Shown: positions 32,096 through 43,005, numbered from the stretch's first letter. The stretch: 64,000 nt of DNA from Nitrospirota bacterium (GCA_963663225.1 OY760142.1:1504001-1568000), one strand, 5' to 3'. The notes: generated from the sequence alone by a model not told the origin. Numbers and translations: made by a program.

Positions 32096-33826
32096 TCATC
32101 GGCCTCGCTGGCCTTTTGTCGCAGCAGAGAGTCTCACCCGAATCGCAGGAGAGCGGTTTACTGCGCTCGCGACGGCCTTGAATGATGCAACGGAAATGTT
32201 CGAATCAATGCCGACCCCGAAAAACTTCTTGTTGTCGATATCCTCAATCTGGATATATGCTGCTGCCAGTGAGTCCGATCCTTGTTCAAGAGCGTGCTCA
32301 TGGTAAGAGACCAGCGTGAAGTCAATGTTCAACTCTTTTTTAACGGCATGACAAAACGCGTCCACCGGGCCGTTTCCCGTCCCGGCTATCCGGCATTCCG
32401 CACCGTTTACCAAGACGGAAGCCTTTATTTCGGATACGCGTGGATGCTCTTTTTCTTTCGGCACCGGCCGCTCCCTGATTTCACATGTTTTAAACAGCAG
32501 CGGTCCGTTCGACGCAAGATATTCCTGCTCAAAAACCTCAAGGATTGCCTGGGGCGGAACCTCACTGCCTGTTTTATCTGAAACTGCCTGAATAATCCGT
32601 CCGAATTCCGGGTGCATTTCCTTCGGGAGAATAAAACCGAACTCCTTCTCCATTATGTAGGCGATGCCGCCCTTTCCCGACTGGCTGTTGATTCTGATAA
32701 TGGCCTCAAAAGTCCTGCCCACATCCGTGGGGTCAATAGGTAAATAGGGAACTTCCCAAATCGGGCTCCGACTATCCTGATAGTTTTTTATTCCCTTATT
32801 GATTGCATCCTGGTGGGAGCCGGAAAAAGCCGTATATACCAATTCTCCTGCATAAGGCTGACGTGCATGAATCTGCATCTTGGTGCATTGCTCGTAGACA
32901 TCAACAATCCTGCCGATATTATGAAAGTCAAGCTTTGGGTCAATACCCTGTGAGAACAGATTTAAGGCAAGCGTCACGATATCAACATTGCCTGTTCTCT
33001 CGCCATTTCCGAACAGTGTTCCCTCGACCCGGTCTGCGCCTGCCATCAGGGCGAGTTCGGTGGCGGCGACCGCCGTCCCTCTGTCATTATGAGCGTGGAG
33101 GCTCATCTCAAGCGTGTCGCGGTTTTGAAGATGTCTGCACATCCATTCGATTTGATCGGCATACACATTGGGTGTTGCCATTTCGACAGTGGAGGGAAGG
33201 TTCAGGATCATTTTGTTGTCGCGCGTAGGCTGCCAGACGTCCATCACGGCCCGGGAAATTTCCAGGGCAAACTCCAGCTCGGTTCCGGTAAAACTTTCCG
33301 GTGAATACTCGTAGAAAATCTTTGTGCCGGAAATTTTTTTCGTCTCGTCCCTGATCAGACGGGCGCCCTGCACCGCGATATTCAGAATTTCCGATTTTTC
33401 CCGGCGAAATACAACCCGGCGCTGCAGCTCAGACGTCGAATTATAGAGATGCACAATAACTTTATTTGCCCCGCGGACTGCCTCGAATGTTCTTGTAATC
33501 AGGTGCTCCCGTGCCTGGGTCAATACCTGTATGCACACATCATCAGGAACAAGTTTTTTTTCAATGAGCAGCCGGGTAAAATCATATTCAACTTGCGATG
33601 CTGAGGGAAATCCGACTTCTATTTCCTTGAATCCCATCTGCACAAGCAGATTGAACATGTCCAGCTTTTCGTTGAGGCTCATCGGGGTGGCTATTGCCTG
33701 ATTGCCGTCCCTGAGGTCCACACTGCACCAGCGTGGCGGGTGCGTAATGGTATTGGAAGGCCATTGCCGGTTCGGGAGGTCAACCTGAGGAGCCGGCTTA
33801 TATTTGCGAGCTGACATGTTATTCAT
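32096..33826 (-). CDS. leuA: 2-isopropylmalate synthase (yeast/Corynebacterium type)
   Basis: DLRDGNQA, YSPESF, HAHNDRG, GNGERTGN, RINSQSGKGG. Confidence 0.96.
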   Translation of the reverse strand: MNNMSARKYKPAPQVDLPNRQWPSNTITHPPRWCSVDLRDGNQAIATPMSLNEKLDMFNLLVQMGFKEIEVGFPSASQVEYDFTRLLIEKKLVPDDVCIQVLTQAREHLITRTFEAVRGANKVIVHLYNSTSELQRRVVFRREKSEILNIAVQGARLIRDETKKISGTKIFYEYSPESFTGTELEFALEISRAVMDVWQPTRDNKMILNLPSTVEMATPNVYADQIEWMCRHLQNRDTLEMSLHAHNDRGTAVAATELALMAGADRVEGTLFGNGERTGNVDIVTLALNLFSQGIDPKLDFHNIGRIVDVYEQCTKMQIHARQPYAGELVYTAFSGSHQDAINKGIKNYQDSRSPIWEVPYLPIDPTDVGRTFEAIIRINSQSGKGGIAYIMEKEFGFILPKEMHPEFGRIIQAVSDKTGSEVPPQAILEVFEQEYLASNGPLLFKTCEIRERPVPKEKEHPRVSEIKASVLVNGAECRIAGTGNGPVDAFCHAVKKELNIDFTLVSYHEHALEQGSDSLAAAYIQIEDIDNKKFFGVGIDSNISVASFKAVASAVNRSPAIRVRLSAATKGQRGR

Positions 33827-33881
33827 AATGCCTCTCTTTAAAAGAAATCGTACAAGGTTAATAATCAAACGTACTGAGTGC

Positions 33882-33916
33882 AAATAAAAAAGCCACGGTA
33901 ATTTTCCGTGGCTTTT
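33882..33916 (-). terminator. Attenuator terminator of the leuA leader
   Basis: Minus strand AAAAGCCACGG-AAAATTA-CCGTGGCTTTTTTATTT. Confidence 0.85.
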
Positions 33917-33942
33917 GTAGGGAATCCAGTGTTTTATTTCTA

Positions 33943-34038
33943 TCAGCACAAGTGAATAGAATTTCTCCCCAGCCACGGCAAGTTGAGTTCTGCCGCCAAA
34001 CGAGCGAGTTTAAGATTGAGGAGGAATACATCTATCAT
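33943..34038 (-). CDS. Leucine-rich leader peptide (LeuL-like), 31 aa
   Basis: MIDVFLLNLKLARLAAELNLPWLGRNSIHLC*, 9 Leu; contains CCGTGGCT complementary to the terminator 5' arm. Confidence 0.8.
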   Translation of the reverse strand: MIDVFLLNLKLARLAAELNLPWLGRNSIHLC

Positions 34039-34173
34039 AAGTTGATATTAAGGCAACGCATGACTGGTGTCAAGAAAAATATGCCTTCATCGGAGCAAAA
34101 ATCATAAAGCGAGTTGTCGCACGTCCGAAAAAAAGCAATCCTGTGCATGCAACGAAAATGCATCCGTACTCAA

Positions 34174-34818
34174 TCATTGAACCTGAGGAAGCAGTTTTTG
34201 GACGTCATGAAAAAGCTTTGCTGTAAAGCCTGCTTTGCTTGCCGGAAAGGGGACGAGACAGGTCAATGTGCCGCCGGACAGCAGGGAGTACCCGAGAAAG
34301 ATAGAAGCCATGTCCTCATGAATATATTCGGCAACATGGCTTGGGATATCAGAGCGCTGAGAATTATGGCTTATGATTTTTTCACGAGACAACTCATCTA
34401 TAAACCGTTCTGCAAATGAATAACAAGGTCCGTACCCGTGAAACTCCAGATCAGCAGTAACAACATAAGTCAAGAAGGTCCATGGCAGAGTGGCAGCCGA
34501 TTCTACTCGTTCAGTAAATTTCCCCAGGCGTAATTCAGAAAGCAGCAGCTTGCCGATTGCCTTGATTTCGCTGCAAGTATTTCGCGTGGACAGGAGGAGG
34601 TCCAGCGCTTTGACGGGCTGTGCTTCTAATCCGTGATCTGCAATACAGTCTTTGATTTTTTGGATTTCGATGGTGTCGAAACCGTTCGCTTCCCGCTGGT
34701 TTACCGCATCCATCGCCTGGTATGCATCAAGATAAAAGTTGATATTTCTGGCAGGAATATGTCCTGCCAATTCGAGTAAATATTGCCCGGAGTTCATAAT
34801 TTTTACCAATCTGTGCAA
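34174..34818 (-). CDS. Hypothetical protein
   Basis: 214-aa ORF, no recognised motif; start uncertain. Confidence 0.5.
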   Translation of the reverse strand: MHRLVKIMNSGQYLLELAGHIPARNINFYLDAYQAMDAVNQREANGFDTIEIQKIKDCIADHGLEAQPVKALDLLLSTRNTCSEIKAIGKLLLSELRLGKFTERVESAATLPWTFLTYVVTADLEFHGYGPCYSFAERFIDELSREKIISHNSQRSDIPSHVAEYIHEDMASIFLGYSLLSGGTLTCLVPFPASKAGFTAKLFHDVQKLLPQVQ

Positions 34819-35460
34819 ATAACGAAGCTGCCGTAGCTTGCCTGTTCAGTGCAGGAAAAGTTTGAAATTGATCATCCGTTATGATCGAGATTGCGAGATA
34901 CTCCGGAATCAGTTATATAGCAGTTGTTTCTCTAGAGATGAAGGGAGCTCACATGATAAATGAATTTTCTAATCTTACAAGGAGGAGTTTTTTCTGTCAA
35001 GAAGTTTAAGCATAGATTGACACACTGCCTGCTCAAAGTAGCAGCATATTGCATTAGTATGTAAATAATTTCAAATTATAACATTATGCAATACTGGCAA
35101 ATTGGTTTTTAGGTGAATACTGATTTAAAAAAACTGTCAGATATTCAGGGAGAAACCCGCCAGTGAATACATAAAACTGCGAGTCATTCTTTCAAGTTAT
35201 ATTATCAATAATTTTCTTCCTGTCTTCCACACTTATCATGGCTGAGGAGTTTTAGTAATCGTTACACAGTAAATCTTAAATTCATTAATGTAATATTATG
35301 CAATCTTCTGTAGACAAAAAATTTCAATGTAAATATAAACTTTGGCTTGCAACTTTTTTTACGCTGTGCTAGTTTTCATAGAGGTATACTTATATGCAAA
35401 GTTATAGTAAATTGATAAAACAGTACACGCTTATTCAATTCAATTATTTGGAGGAGAGAA

Positions 35461-37557
35461 ATGTTGGGATCATTCATAATGAATTTTGTGTATGTATTGA
35501 TTATTGCTGCAGGCATCGTTCTGATCTGGCAGGCAATTATTGTCGTTCGCGGGATAGAAATTGCTGTTGTTGAGCGCAGGCTTTTCGGTAAGAAGATGGA
35601 GCCCGGCAGGGTCGTCGCATTGTCGAATGAAGTAGGCATTCAGGCCAGAACGCTCGGCCCAGGTCTCCACTTCTTGATACCCTTTCTTTATAAAGCAAAA
35701 AAATATCCGTTTACTATAATAGCGGATAATGAGGTTGGTATTATAGAATCCATTGATGGCGACCCGATTCTACCCGGCAAAATATTCGCGAAGGTAGTGA
35801 GTGGCCATAATTCCTTTCAGGACGGTGAAACGTTTATGAAAAATGGCGGGCAGAAAGGCCCCCAAATAGAAATTTTGCCGCCAGGTAACTATCGTATCAA
35901 CACGGTTCTTTTTAAAACAATAAAACAGCCAGCTGTTGTGATTAACCGTGGAAAGATTGGTCTTGTTACTTCCATGGATGGTACCCCTATTTCACCTGGA
36001 CGTCTTCTGGCAAAAAAAGTAAATGGCCACTCGAACTTTGAAGATGGACAGGCCTTTTTGAACAACGGCGGGCAGAAAGGCCCCCAAATCGAAATCCTTT
36101 TGCCGGGGACTTACCGCATTAATACGGACCTTTTTCGTATTGAAATACAGGATGCAACAGTTATTCCCGCCAATAAGATTGGATTGGTCACTGCACTTGA
36201 TGGGCAGCCGTTGCCGGAAGAAGAATATGTGGCTAAATCCGTTTCCGGACATAACGATTTTCAGGATGCATCAACATTCCTGGCGGCCGGCGGGGAACGC
36301 GGTCCTCAGTTTGATGTGCTGAAACCCGGAACCTATTATATCAATCCGCTGATATTCAAGGTTGAGCTGGATGATGTGGCAGTTGTAGAACGCGGTCAGG
36401 TTGCGGTAGTTGTATCAAATGTGGGAGAAGAACCGGTCCAGATTAGAAGCCTCATTGAACAGACCGCAAAGAAGGAAAACGTCTCAACTGGAAGCGATTC
36501 ATATAAAGAAATAGAAAACCGTTTCAATGTAGGGATAGAGCGATACGTTGTGCCAAAAGGATTCCGCGGCATCCAGCAGGAAGTGGCTGGTCCGGGCATC
36601 TATTACCTCAATAGACGCGCTTATATCGTTTATGTCGTCGATACGACCAACATAACTATAGACTGGGACGACTCAAAGGACACTCGCTTCGATCCGCTTA
36701 AAGTTATTTCCCGGGATGGGTTTGAAATCAGCGTATCTGTGAAGGTCGTGATACGAGTAAGGCCGGACCAGGCACCGTATATGGTCGCGAAGATCGGGTC
36801 CATAGAAAACCTGGTTCTTCATGTTATTCACCCAATGATAGATTCCAGTTTCCGGAACCAGGCTTCGTCCACGTCAGCCATGAATTTCATGCAGGACCGG
36901 CAGGATGAGCAGCGCAAAGCAGAAGACCGGGCGCGAGCGGAACTTGAACGATATCACGTAGAGTGCGTTTCTGTGCTGATTTGCCAGATCAATCTCCCAC
37001 AGGAGCTGATGGATACACAGACGAAGAAGATAATCGCTCAGCAACAACAGGCAATGTATCAGGACCAGCAAAAGGCAGAGCAGGCCAGAATTGCGATGGA
37101 AAAAACCCGCGCAGAGGCTGAACAGCAGACAAATCTTGTGGAAGCTGAAATCGGCGTAAAAATTTCCGAGCAGAATAAAATGAAGGCAATCAGGATCGCC
37201 GAAGGAGATGCTGAAAGCATTAGATTACGTGCGGAAGGTCAGGCGAAGGGAATTAAGGCTACCGGTGAAGCCGAGGGAGCAAAAATTCTCGCCATGGGCC
37301 AAGCCACTGCCAAGGCGTACGAGCTTCAAAACAAAGCTGTCGGACAGCAAGGGGTCACTGCTATTGAAATTGCGAAGCAAATTTCCGCGGGTAATGTAAA
37401 AGTCACTCCCGATTTTCTGATCCAAGGCGACGGCAATTTGGGAGGACTTCTTTCTGCCTTTCTGACGGGGAAAATTTCTAGCATGTCCAAGCAAGCACTT
37501 CCACAACCAGCGAAAAGCGGGGATAAAGTTGCTTCAGATGAGCCAATGGATAGTTGA
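35461..37557 (+). CDS. SPFH/Band 7 (flotillin-like) protein with three internal repeats
   Basis: N-terminal TM, 3x (G...DG...HN.FQD...GG.KGPQ..L.PG.Y.IN) units, SPFH domain, AEA-rich coiled coil. Confidence 0.88.
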   Translation: MLGSFIMNFVYVLIIAAGIVLIWQAIIVVRGIEIAVVERRLFGKKMEPGRVVALSNEVGIQARTLGPGLHFLIPFLYKAKKYPFTIIADNEVGIIESIDGDPILPGKIFAKVVSGHNSFQDGETFMKNGGQKGPQIEILPPGNYRINTVLFKTIKQPAVVINRGKIGLVTSMDGTPISPGRLLAKKVNGHSNFEDGQAFLNNGGQKGPQIEILLPGTYRINTDLFRIEIQDATVIPANKIGLVTALDGQPLPEEEYVAKSVSGHNDFQDASTFLAAGGERGPQFDVLKPGTYYINPLIFKVELDDVAVVERGQVAVVVSNVGEEPVQIRSLIEQTAKKENVSTGSDSYKEIENRFNVGIERYVVPKGFRGIQQEVAGPGIYYLNRRAYIVYVVDTTNITIDWDDSKDTRFDPLKVISRDGFEISVSVKVVIRVRPDQAPYMVAKIGSIENLVLHVIHPMIDSSFRNQASSTSAMNFMQDRQDEQRKAEDRARAELERYHVECVSVLICQINLPQELMDTQTKKIIAQQQQAMYQDQQKAEQARIAMEKTRAEAEQQTNLVEAEIGVKISEQNKMKAIRIAEGDAESIRLRAEGQAKGIKATGEAEGAKILAMGQATAKAYELQNKAVGQQGVTAIEIAKQISAGNVKVTPDFLIQGDGNLGGLLSAFLTGKISSMSKQALPQPAKSGDKVASDEPMDS

Positions 37558-37834
37558 TCAGAGATTGGATGGTTTGGGCTAAGCCGAATATGTCGTGCAG
37601 ACGCTGAGGATGCATGATATGCATGTTTCTATCGTAAATAGAATATATATCATCCTGTTGCATAGAAGACGAAACATGTTTGATCTTAAGTAAAAACATG
37701 AGCTGTTTTTCATTATTTTACGATTCAGTGGAATTAGAGATGCGCGAGGATATTAGGGAGAATAGATAGCAAATAAACTTTAGCGATAAATTAAGTAATG
37801 AAAACTTCCTGTTTTATACAAATATTAAGACCAA

Positions 37835-38323
37835 GTGGCAAATATAGTTATCGAACAGCATCCTATAAAGCTAGAAATTATCATTTCAATAGTAAGTCAA
37901 TTCAAAAAGAGAGGAGAGACCATAGGTATGAACGATCAACAGATTGAAGTAAAAAAATCACTTCGTGCCAATAAAAAACTTTTTACACAATTGTTTGGTA
38001 TCGGTATTATCTGTTTATTTATTTTGCATTACGTTTATGGATTTATCCAAACTCCTGATAAGCTATTAGAAAATGCCATTCAACGCGGCATGTCGGCAAC
38101 CTCTGTAAAAGCTGGCTATGCTTTTGGTATATTTTGTATATTTGCGTTGCCAATTCCCATGGCGGTTTCTTTTTTATCGTTATTAATAAAATCAAAAAGA
38201 ACCCTATCATCATTCATAAAGATATTATTTTACAGTCTCGTTCTTACGTTCATAGCAAGCATAGTGGTTGGGCTTGTATGTGTACCACGAGCCGTACAGC
38301 AGATCAATTTTAATACTTTATAA
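37835..38323 (+). CDS. Hypothetical membrane protein
   Basis: Three hydrophobic segments; AT-rich; likely start near 37928 after GAGGAG. Confidence 0.55.
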   Translation: MANIVIEQHPIKLEIIISIVSQFKKRGETIGMNDQQIEVKKSLRANKKLFTQLFGIGIICLFILHYVYGFIQTPDKLLENAIQRGMSATSVKAGYAFGIFCIFALPIPMAVSFLSLLIKSKRTLSSFIKILFYSLVLTFIASIVVGLVCVPRAVQQINFNTL

Positions 38324-38556
38324 AAGCTTTTCGTTTGTTAGTAGCATGTATCAATTTCTTTCTGTATTCGCGAGTTACAAGATTTTGGCTATTGTGTAAT
38401 TTTTCATATAGAGGATTATGCAATGCACTTCGGGAGAGCAATTTTCTAAATAAATTGCGAGTTGCTTATGGTCTTTTTATCGAATAATCAATTCCTTATG
38501 AATAGGCAACTTTAAGAGCTTTCCAGTAATGTGAGTGAAAGGTTCTTGTTATTGCT

Positions 38557-39063
38557 ATGGTAAAGAATAATGAATTAATTATAGTTGGCACGAAATCAAA
38601 GGTTGTTTTTTTTATTGTAAACTACCCGTTGTTAGTCATGATAATTATTGTTGGTTCTTTTGAGGTATTTGCTTTCTTTTATGGAGAAGATGTTACTCAC
38701 ATGCTCAGAGGTTTGATGTTGTTGCCTGCCGTTCTTTTGCCACAAGTCATGCTACTTTATATATTATCAAATAAGTGGTGCTATAAAATAGAAATAGATA
38801 AAACAAATAATACTATAAATTTTTATCGTATATGCAATAGGGCCATGCGTACCTTTTTGACGAAAAAGATGAAAGTAGCTATTGGTGCTTATTGCCATAT
38901 ATATATTAATAATGCTGATTTCATTTTGCCTGAAGCATATATACATGAGTTAGTATCGTATTTACCAAAAGATACTGTTGTTGAATACAAAGGTGCTCTT
39001 GGAAAATCCAAGAAAAAGTATTGGATTAAAATTAATAAGCCACTCATCCCTGACAGACGATAA
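38557..39063 (+). CDS. Hypothetical membrane protein
   Basis: Two TM segments then a soluble domain; AT-rich. Confidence 0.55.
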   Translation: MVKNNELIIVGTKSKVVFFIVNYPLLVMIIIVGSFEVFAFFYGEDVTHMLRGLMLLPAVLLPQVMLLYILSNKWCYKIEIDKTNNTINFYRICNRAMRTFLTKKMKVAIGAYCHIYINNADFILPEAYIHELVSYLPKDTVVEYKGALGKSKKKYWIKINKPLIPDRR

Positions 39064-39527
39064 AAGCTGCACTTAAGTTAATGTCATTTTCTTCATTTAG
39101 CGGTTATACAAGTTATAAACTGTATCCTGCATAGGATTTTTGCAAAAGCTGATGCAAAAAAGTAGGTACATCATTGATATCTGTTTAAATTAGGACATTA
39201 ATGGTCAGGTTGAAGTATTGACCATACTGATTGTTCCTGTTAGAGGTGAAGGAAGAAACGAAAGAATCGGAACAGTGGCAGCTTTAGAGGAGAATATAGG
39301 GCCGATTTCATGCAGAATGGACGACTGTACGCTTCGTAATATTGTGGTTAAATCAATTCGTTGTCTGTCGCCGCAGCTATACAAGCAGGCTCAAGAGTTA
39401 TTTTTAATAAATCCTCAAAGGTATTGCGCAGTACTCATTCTTTCAAGCACAGGGTGACGTAGTTAAATAAATCGGCTTGCGATTAGGATTTGAGCAGCCA
39501 GCTTGAGTTTAGAATGAAAGACATTCA

Positions 39528-40436
39528 TCAAGGTGGGCATTTTGCGCATACCGAGGCAAATAACGATGTGCTGAGATAACGGTCGCCCCGATCAGGGAGG
39601 ATGACAACAACGACACCTGTTTTCATCTCTTGTATTTTTTGGAGAGCGCCTTGCACGGCGGCGCCGCTGCTCATACCCACAAACAGACCTTCTTCGACTG
39701 CTAGCCGGCGTGTAATGGTAAATGCGCTGTCATCATCCACGGTTCTGATCTCATCCAGTAAACTCGGATTGTAAATTTTGGGCACTATGGCTTCTGACAT
39801 GTTCTTGAGCCCTTGTATCTTATGGCCGACGGTTGGTTCCATGCCGACAATGGTGATTGACCGGTTGTATTCCTTGAGCCTGCGGCTGCAGCCCATAAGG
39901 GTGCCGGTTGTGCCCATGCCCGCAACAAGGACGCTTATCGTGCCGTCTGTTTGAGTATAAATTTCTTTTCCGGTGGTTTCATAATGTGCGGCTATATTAG
40001 CCGGATTGTCAAACTGGTTCGGCATGAAATAAGCATCCGGATTTTCATTGTACAGTTTATGGGCGAGACGGATTGCGCCATCTGTTGCCTCCGCCCCGGG
40101 GCTGAGCACCAGTTCAGCGCCAAACGCTTCCAGAATTTTTCTTCGCTCCAGACTGACGCACCCCGGCATCACGAGCTTGACTTTATAGCCTCTGGCGGCG
40201 CCTACCATGGCGAGGCCGATTCCCGTGTTTCCGGATGTCGCTTCGAGAATAGTGGATCCTTTTTTAAGTCGCCCTTCCTGTTCCGCGATCTTTATCATGA
40301 ACCAGGCAACGCGGTCCTTTATTGATCCGCCGGGGTTGCTCCCCTCAAGTTTGGCGAGGAGCGCAACGTGCGGATTGGGGTTGATTTTATCCAGTTTCAC
40401 CAGCGGTGTATTGCCGATGGAATCGAGTATGCTCAT
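39528..40436 (-). CDS. cysM: Cysteine synthase B family
   Basis: GNTPLV, NPGGSIKDR, TSGNTG, GMGTTGT, PDRGDRYLS. Confidence 0.9.
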   Translation of the reverse strand: MSILDSIGNTPLVKLDKINPNPHVALLAKLEGSNPGGSIKDRVAWFMIKIAEQEGRLKKGSTILEATSGNTGIGLAMVGAARGYKVKLVMPGCVSLERRKILEAFGAELVLSPGAEATDGAIRLAHKLYNENPDAYFMPNQFDNPANIAAHYETTGKEIYTQTDGTISVLVAGMGTTGTLMGCSRRLKEYNRSITIVGMEPTVGHKIQGLKNMSEAIVPKIYNPSLLDEIRTVDDDSAFTITRRLAVEEGLFVGMSSGAAVQGALQKIQEMKTGVVVVILPDRGDRYLSTSLFASVCAKCPP

Positions 40437-40699
40437 GTGCGGTATTCTCCCGGTGTTGTATAAATTTGAGCACTGAGTATAATAAATTCTTTGACGATAC
40501 GCAACCTCAATGTGACTCCGTGCATTTGCCGGCAAATGGCAAGACCATACCATCGCGCCTATATGCTCCGCACACCGCAGGGGTTCCCTAAAACCGGATA
40601 TTTCTATCGGGGGTTGACAAGGCAAACAAAATATCTTGTTTTTTTATTTTGTTTATACTATATTTTTTGTGCAGATCGTCTGTCGGGAGAAAAACAACC

Positions 40700-42001
40700 A
40701 TGAAACAGTATTTTGAGTTTGCCAAATACAATACCAGTTATCGGCAGGAAACGCTGGCGGGGATTACGACTTTTCTTACCATGGCTTACATTATCATCGT
40801 CAACCCGGCGATTCTCGAAGTAGCCGGAATGCCAAAAGGGCCGTCCATGACCGCAACAATCCTGTCTGCAGCATTTGGAACACTGATCATGGGTTTCTAC
40901 GCAAAACGACCTTTTGCCATCGCTCCCTACATGGGCGAGAATGCCTTCATAGTTTTCACCGTCGTAAAGGTGCTCGGCTATTCCTGGCAGACTGCGCTCG
41001 GCGCGATTTTCATAGCCGGAGTTTTGTTTACCATACTCACGCTGCTGAAAGTGCGGGGATGGATGGCGGATACTCTTCCGCAATCGCTTAAATACAGTTT
41101 TGCCGTCGGAATAGGCCTTTTTCTCGCATTCGTTGGGTTGAATGAAACAAGGATCGTATCTCTTGGCGTACCGGACGCTCCTGTCAGCCTTGGCGCGGTT
41201 TCACAGCCGCCCGTGTTGCTGGCGATTTTCGGTTTTTTCCTCATCGTTTGGCTTATGATGAAAAGGATACATGGCGCGATCATCATCGGTATTATTGCGA
41301 TAACCGTGATCTCATTTTTCGCGGGAATAACGAGTGTACCGCATTCGTGGATTGGTTTGCCGCCTGATCCGACCCCTCTTTTCGGCCAGTTGGATATCGC
41401 GGGAGCACTGACGATCAAAAATCTGCCGGTTGTTCTTATTATTTTTGTCATGGCATTCGTTGACACGGTGGGGACGCTGATCGGCCTGTCTGCGCGCGGC
41501 AATTTGCTGGATGAAAACGGCAATCTGCCGCAGATTGAAAAGCCGATGCTCGCCGATGCGCTGGCGAACCTTATCAGCCCGCTGCTCGGCACAACTACAT
41601 CGGGTGCTTACATAGAATCGGCGGCTGGAATTGAGGAGGGAGGTCACACGGGTTTTGTGGCCCTGGTGGTCGTTGGACTGTTTCTGTTCGCGTTGTTTTT
41701 CGCTCCGATTCTGACTGTGGTTCCACCCCATGCGTACGGTGCTGCGCTCATTGTGATCGGTTTGTTAATGATCAGTCCTATTACAAAAATTGATTTCAGC
41801 GATTACACTGAATTTATACCGGCCTTTCTCACGATAATCCTGATGGTCTTCACGTTTAACATAGGCGTTGGCTTGACGGCCGGATTGCTGGCGTATCCCG
41901 TTCTCAAAGTGCTCTCCGGCCGGTACCGGGAAGTCCCCGCAGGGATGTGGCTCTTTGCCGCATTGTCGCTGATATTTTACATCGTCTATCCCTACAAGTA
42001 G
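40700..42001 (+). CDS. NCS2/AzgA family purine permease
   Basis: TTFLTMAYIIIVNP, APYMGENAF, YIESAAGI. Confidence 0.92.
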   Translation: MKQYFEFAKYNTSYRQETLAGITTFLTMAYIIIVNPAILEVAGMPKGPSMTATILSAAFGTLIMGFYAKRPFAIAPYMGENAFIVFTVVKVLGYSWQTALGAIFIAGVLFTILTLLKVRGWMADTLPQSLKYSFAVGIGLFLAFVGLNETRIVSLGVPDAPVSLGAVSQPPVLLAIFGFFLIVWLMMKRIHGAIIIGIIAITVISFFAGITSVPHSWIGLPPDPTPLFGQLDIAGALTIKNLPVVLIIFVMAFVDTVGTLIGLSARGNLLDENGNLPQIEKPMLADALANLISPLLGTTTSGAYIESAAGIEEGGHTGFVALVVVGLFLFALFFAPILTVVPPHAYGAALIVIGLLMISPITKIDFSDYTEFIPAFLTIILMVFTFNIGVGLTAGLLAYPVLKVLSGRYREVPAGMWLFAALSLIFYIVYPYK

Positions 42002-42055
42002 ATAGTGCCTCCAACCGTCCGATTTCGTGTGCTGCGCGTATGCTATAATAACAAG

Positions 42056-42071
42056 TGGCACCGGTTTTGCC
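42056..42071 (+). promoter_or_regulatory. Sigma-54 -24/-12 promoter (next to an extended -10 TGCTATAAT at 42041)
   Basis: TGGCAC-CGGTT-TTGCC. Confidence 0.6.
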
Positions 42072-42136
42072 CTTTTCTAAGCACGCTGATTGCGTAATAG
42101 GACGTGGTGCCACATTCCACTTCCGGGAGGTGCTGT

Positions 42137-42718
42137 ATGGCCGCAAAAAAAATCCTGATGCTTGTCGGCGATTTTGTGGAAGACTATGAAGTTATGGTGC
42201 CATTCCAGGCGCTGCAAATGGTAGGGCACACCGTCCACGCTGTCTGCAGCGGCAAGAAGGCCGGTGAAAAGGTCCGCACCGCGGTGCATGACTTCGAGGG
42301 GGATCAAACGTATTCTGAAAAACCCGGCCACAATTTCACGCTAAACGCGACGTTCTCAGAAGTAAAGCCGGAAAACTACGACGCACTTGTTCTTCCCGGC
42401 GGGCGGGCGCCTGAGTACATTCGTCTGGATGAAAAGGTGCTGAGCATAGTGCAACACTTTGCAAAAGCAAACAAGCCGATTGCTGCGATCTGTCATGGAG
42501 CCCAGGTCCTGGCGGCAGCGGGCATACTCCAGGGACGCAGCTGCTCCGCCTATCCTGCTGTGGGACCGGATGTTACCAGAGCCGGCGGAAAGTACATAGA
42601 CATTCCGGTAAGCCAGGCCTATGTGGACGGCAATCTCGTGTCCGCGCCTGCCTGGCCGGCACATCCCGAATGGCTTGCGAAATTCCTTGACGTTTTGGGA
42701 ACAAAAATCACCCTGTAA
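42137..42718 (+). CDS. DJ-1/PfpI family protein
   Basis: [31 protein letters not shown]. Confidence 0.92.
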   Translation: MAAKKILMLVGDFVEDYEVMVPFQALQMVGHTVHAVCSGKKAGEKVRTAVHDFEGDQTYSEKPGHNFTLNATFSEVKPENYDALVLPGGRAPEYIRLDEKVLSIVQHFAKANKPIAAICHGAQVLAAAGILQGRSCSAYPAVGPDVTRAGGKYIDIPVSQAYVDGNLVSAPAWPAHPEWLAKFLDVLGTKITL

Positions 42719-43005
42719 TCAGGGTAATCCGCAGCGCGGAATCCCTGGATGTCAGCATGTACGCGATTTATAAAAACGGCGGCATTGTTTTGTCTTTTTA
42801 TCGGTGTGAGTGTCTAAAAGCTGTGACTGATGCATGCAGTTTATCCGTACGTATTCTCTGATCTGTTTCACCGGAAAGCGGGGTGATTACAAACTGTTGC
42901 TGCTATTCTGACGTGCGAAATGCAAAGGGGAAGGACGCACGGACCATTTCAGACGATGTTCCGCACCGCTAAAACGACCTGAACCGGAAAAAAGGACCAG
43001 CGTTT

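Noticed and set aside
33827-33976. Extended N-terminus of leuA from the ORF track (similar over-extensions for cysM, pyrB, tlyA, pntAb)
   Set aside because: Overlaps the attenuator; downstream starts have RBSs and match family N-termini
34846-34875. In-frame TGA upstream of the 34174-34818 ORF (MINFKLFLH*TGKLRQ) as a second Sec codon
   Set aside because: Only a weak 5-bp stem follows, there is no redox-motif context and no clear RBS; a chance or nonsense codon is more likely
39218-39457. 79-aa ORF
   Set aside because: TTG start, no RBS and no motif; cannot be supported as a gene
40440-40700. Purine riboswitch before the NCS2 permease
   Set aside because: Conserved aptamer core not found; no terminator in the leader
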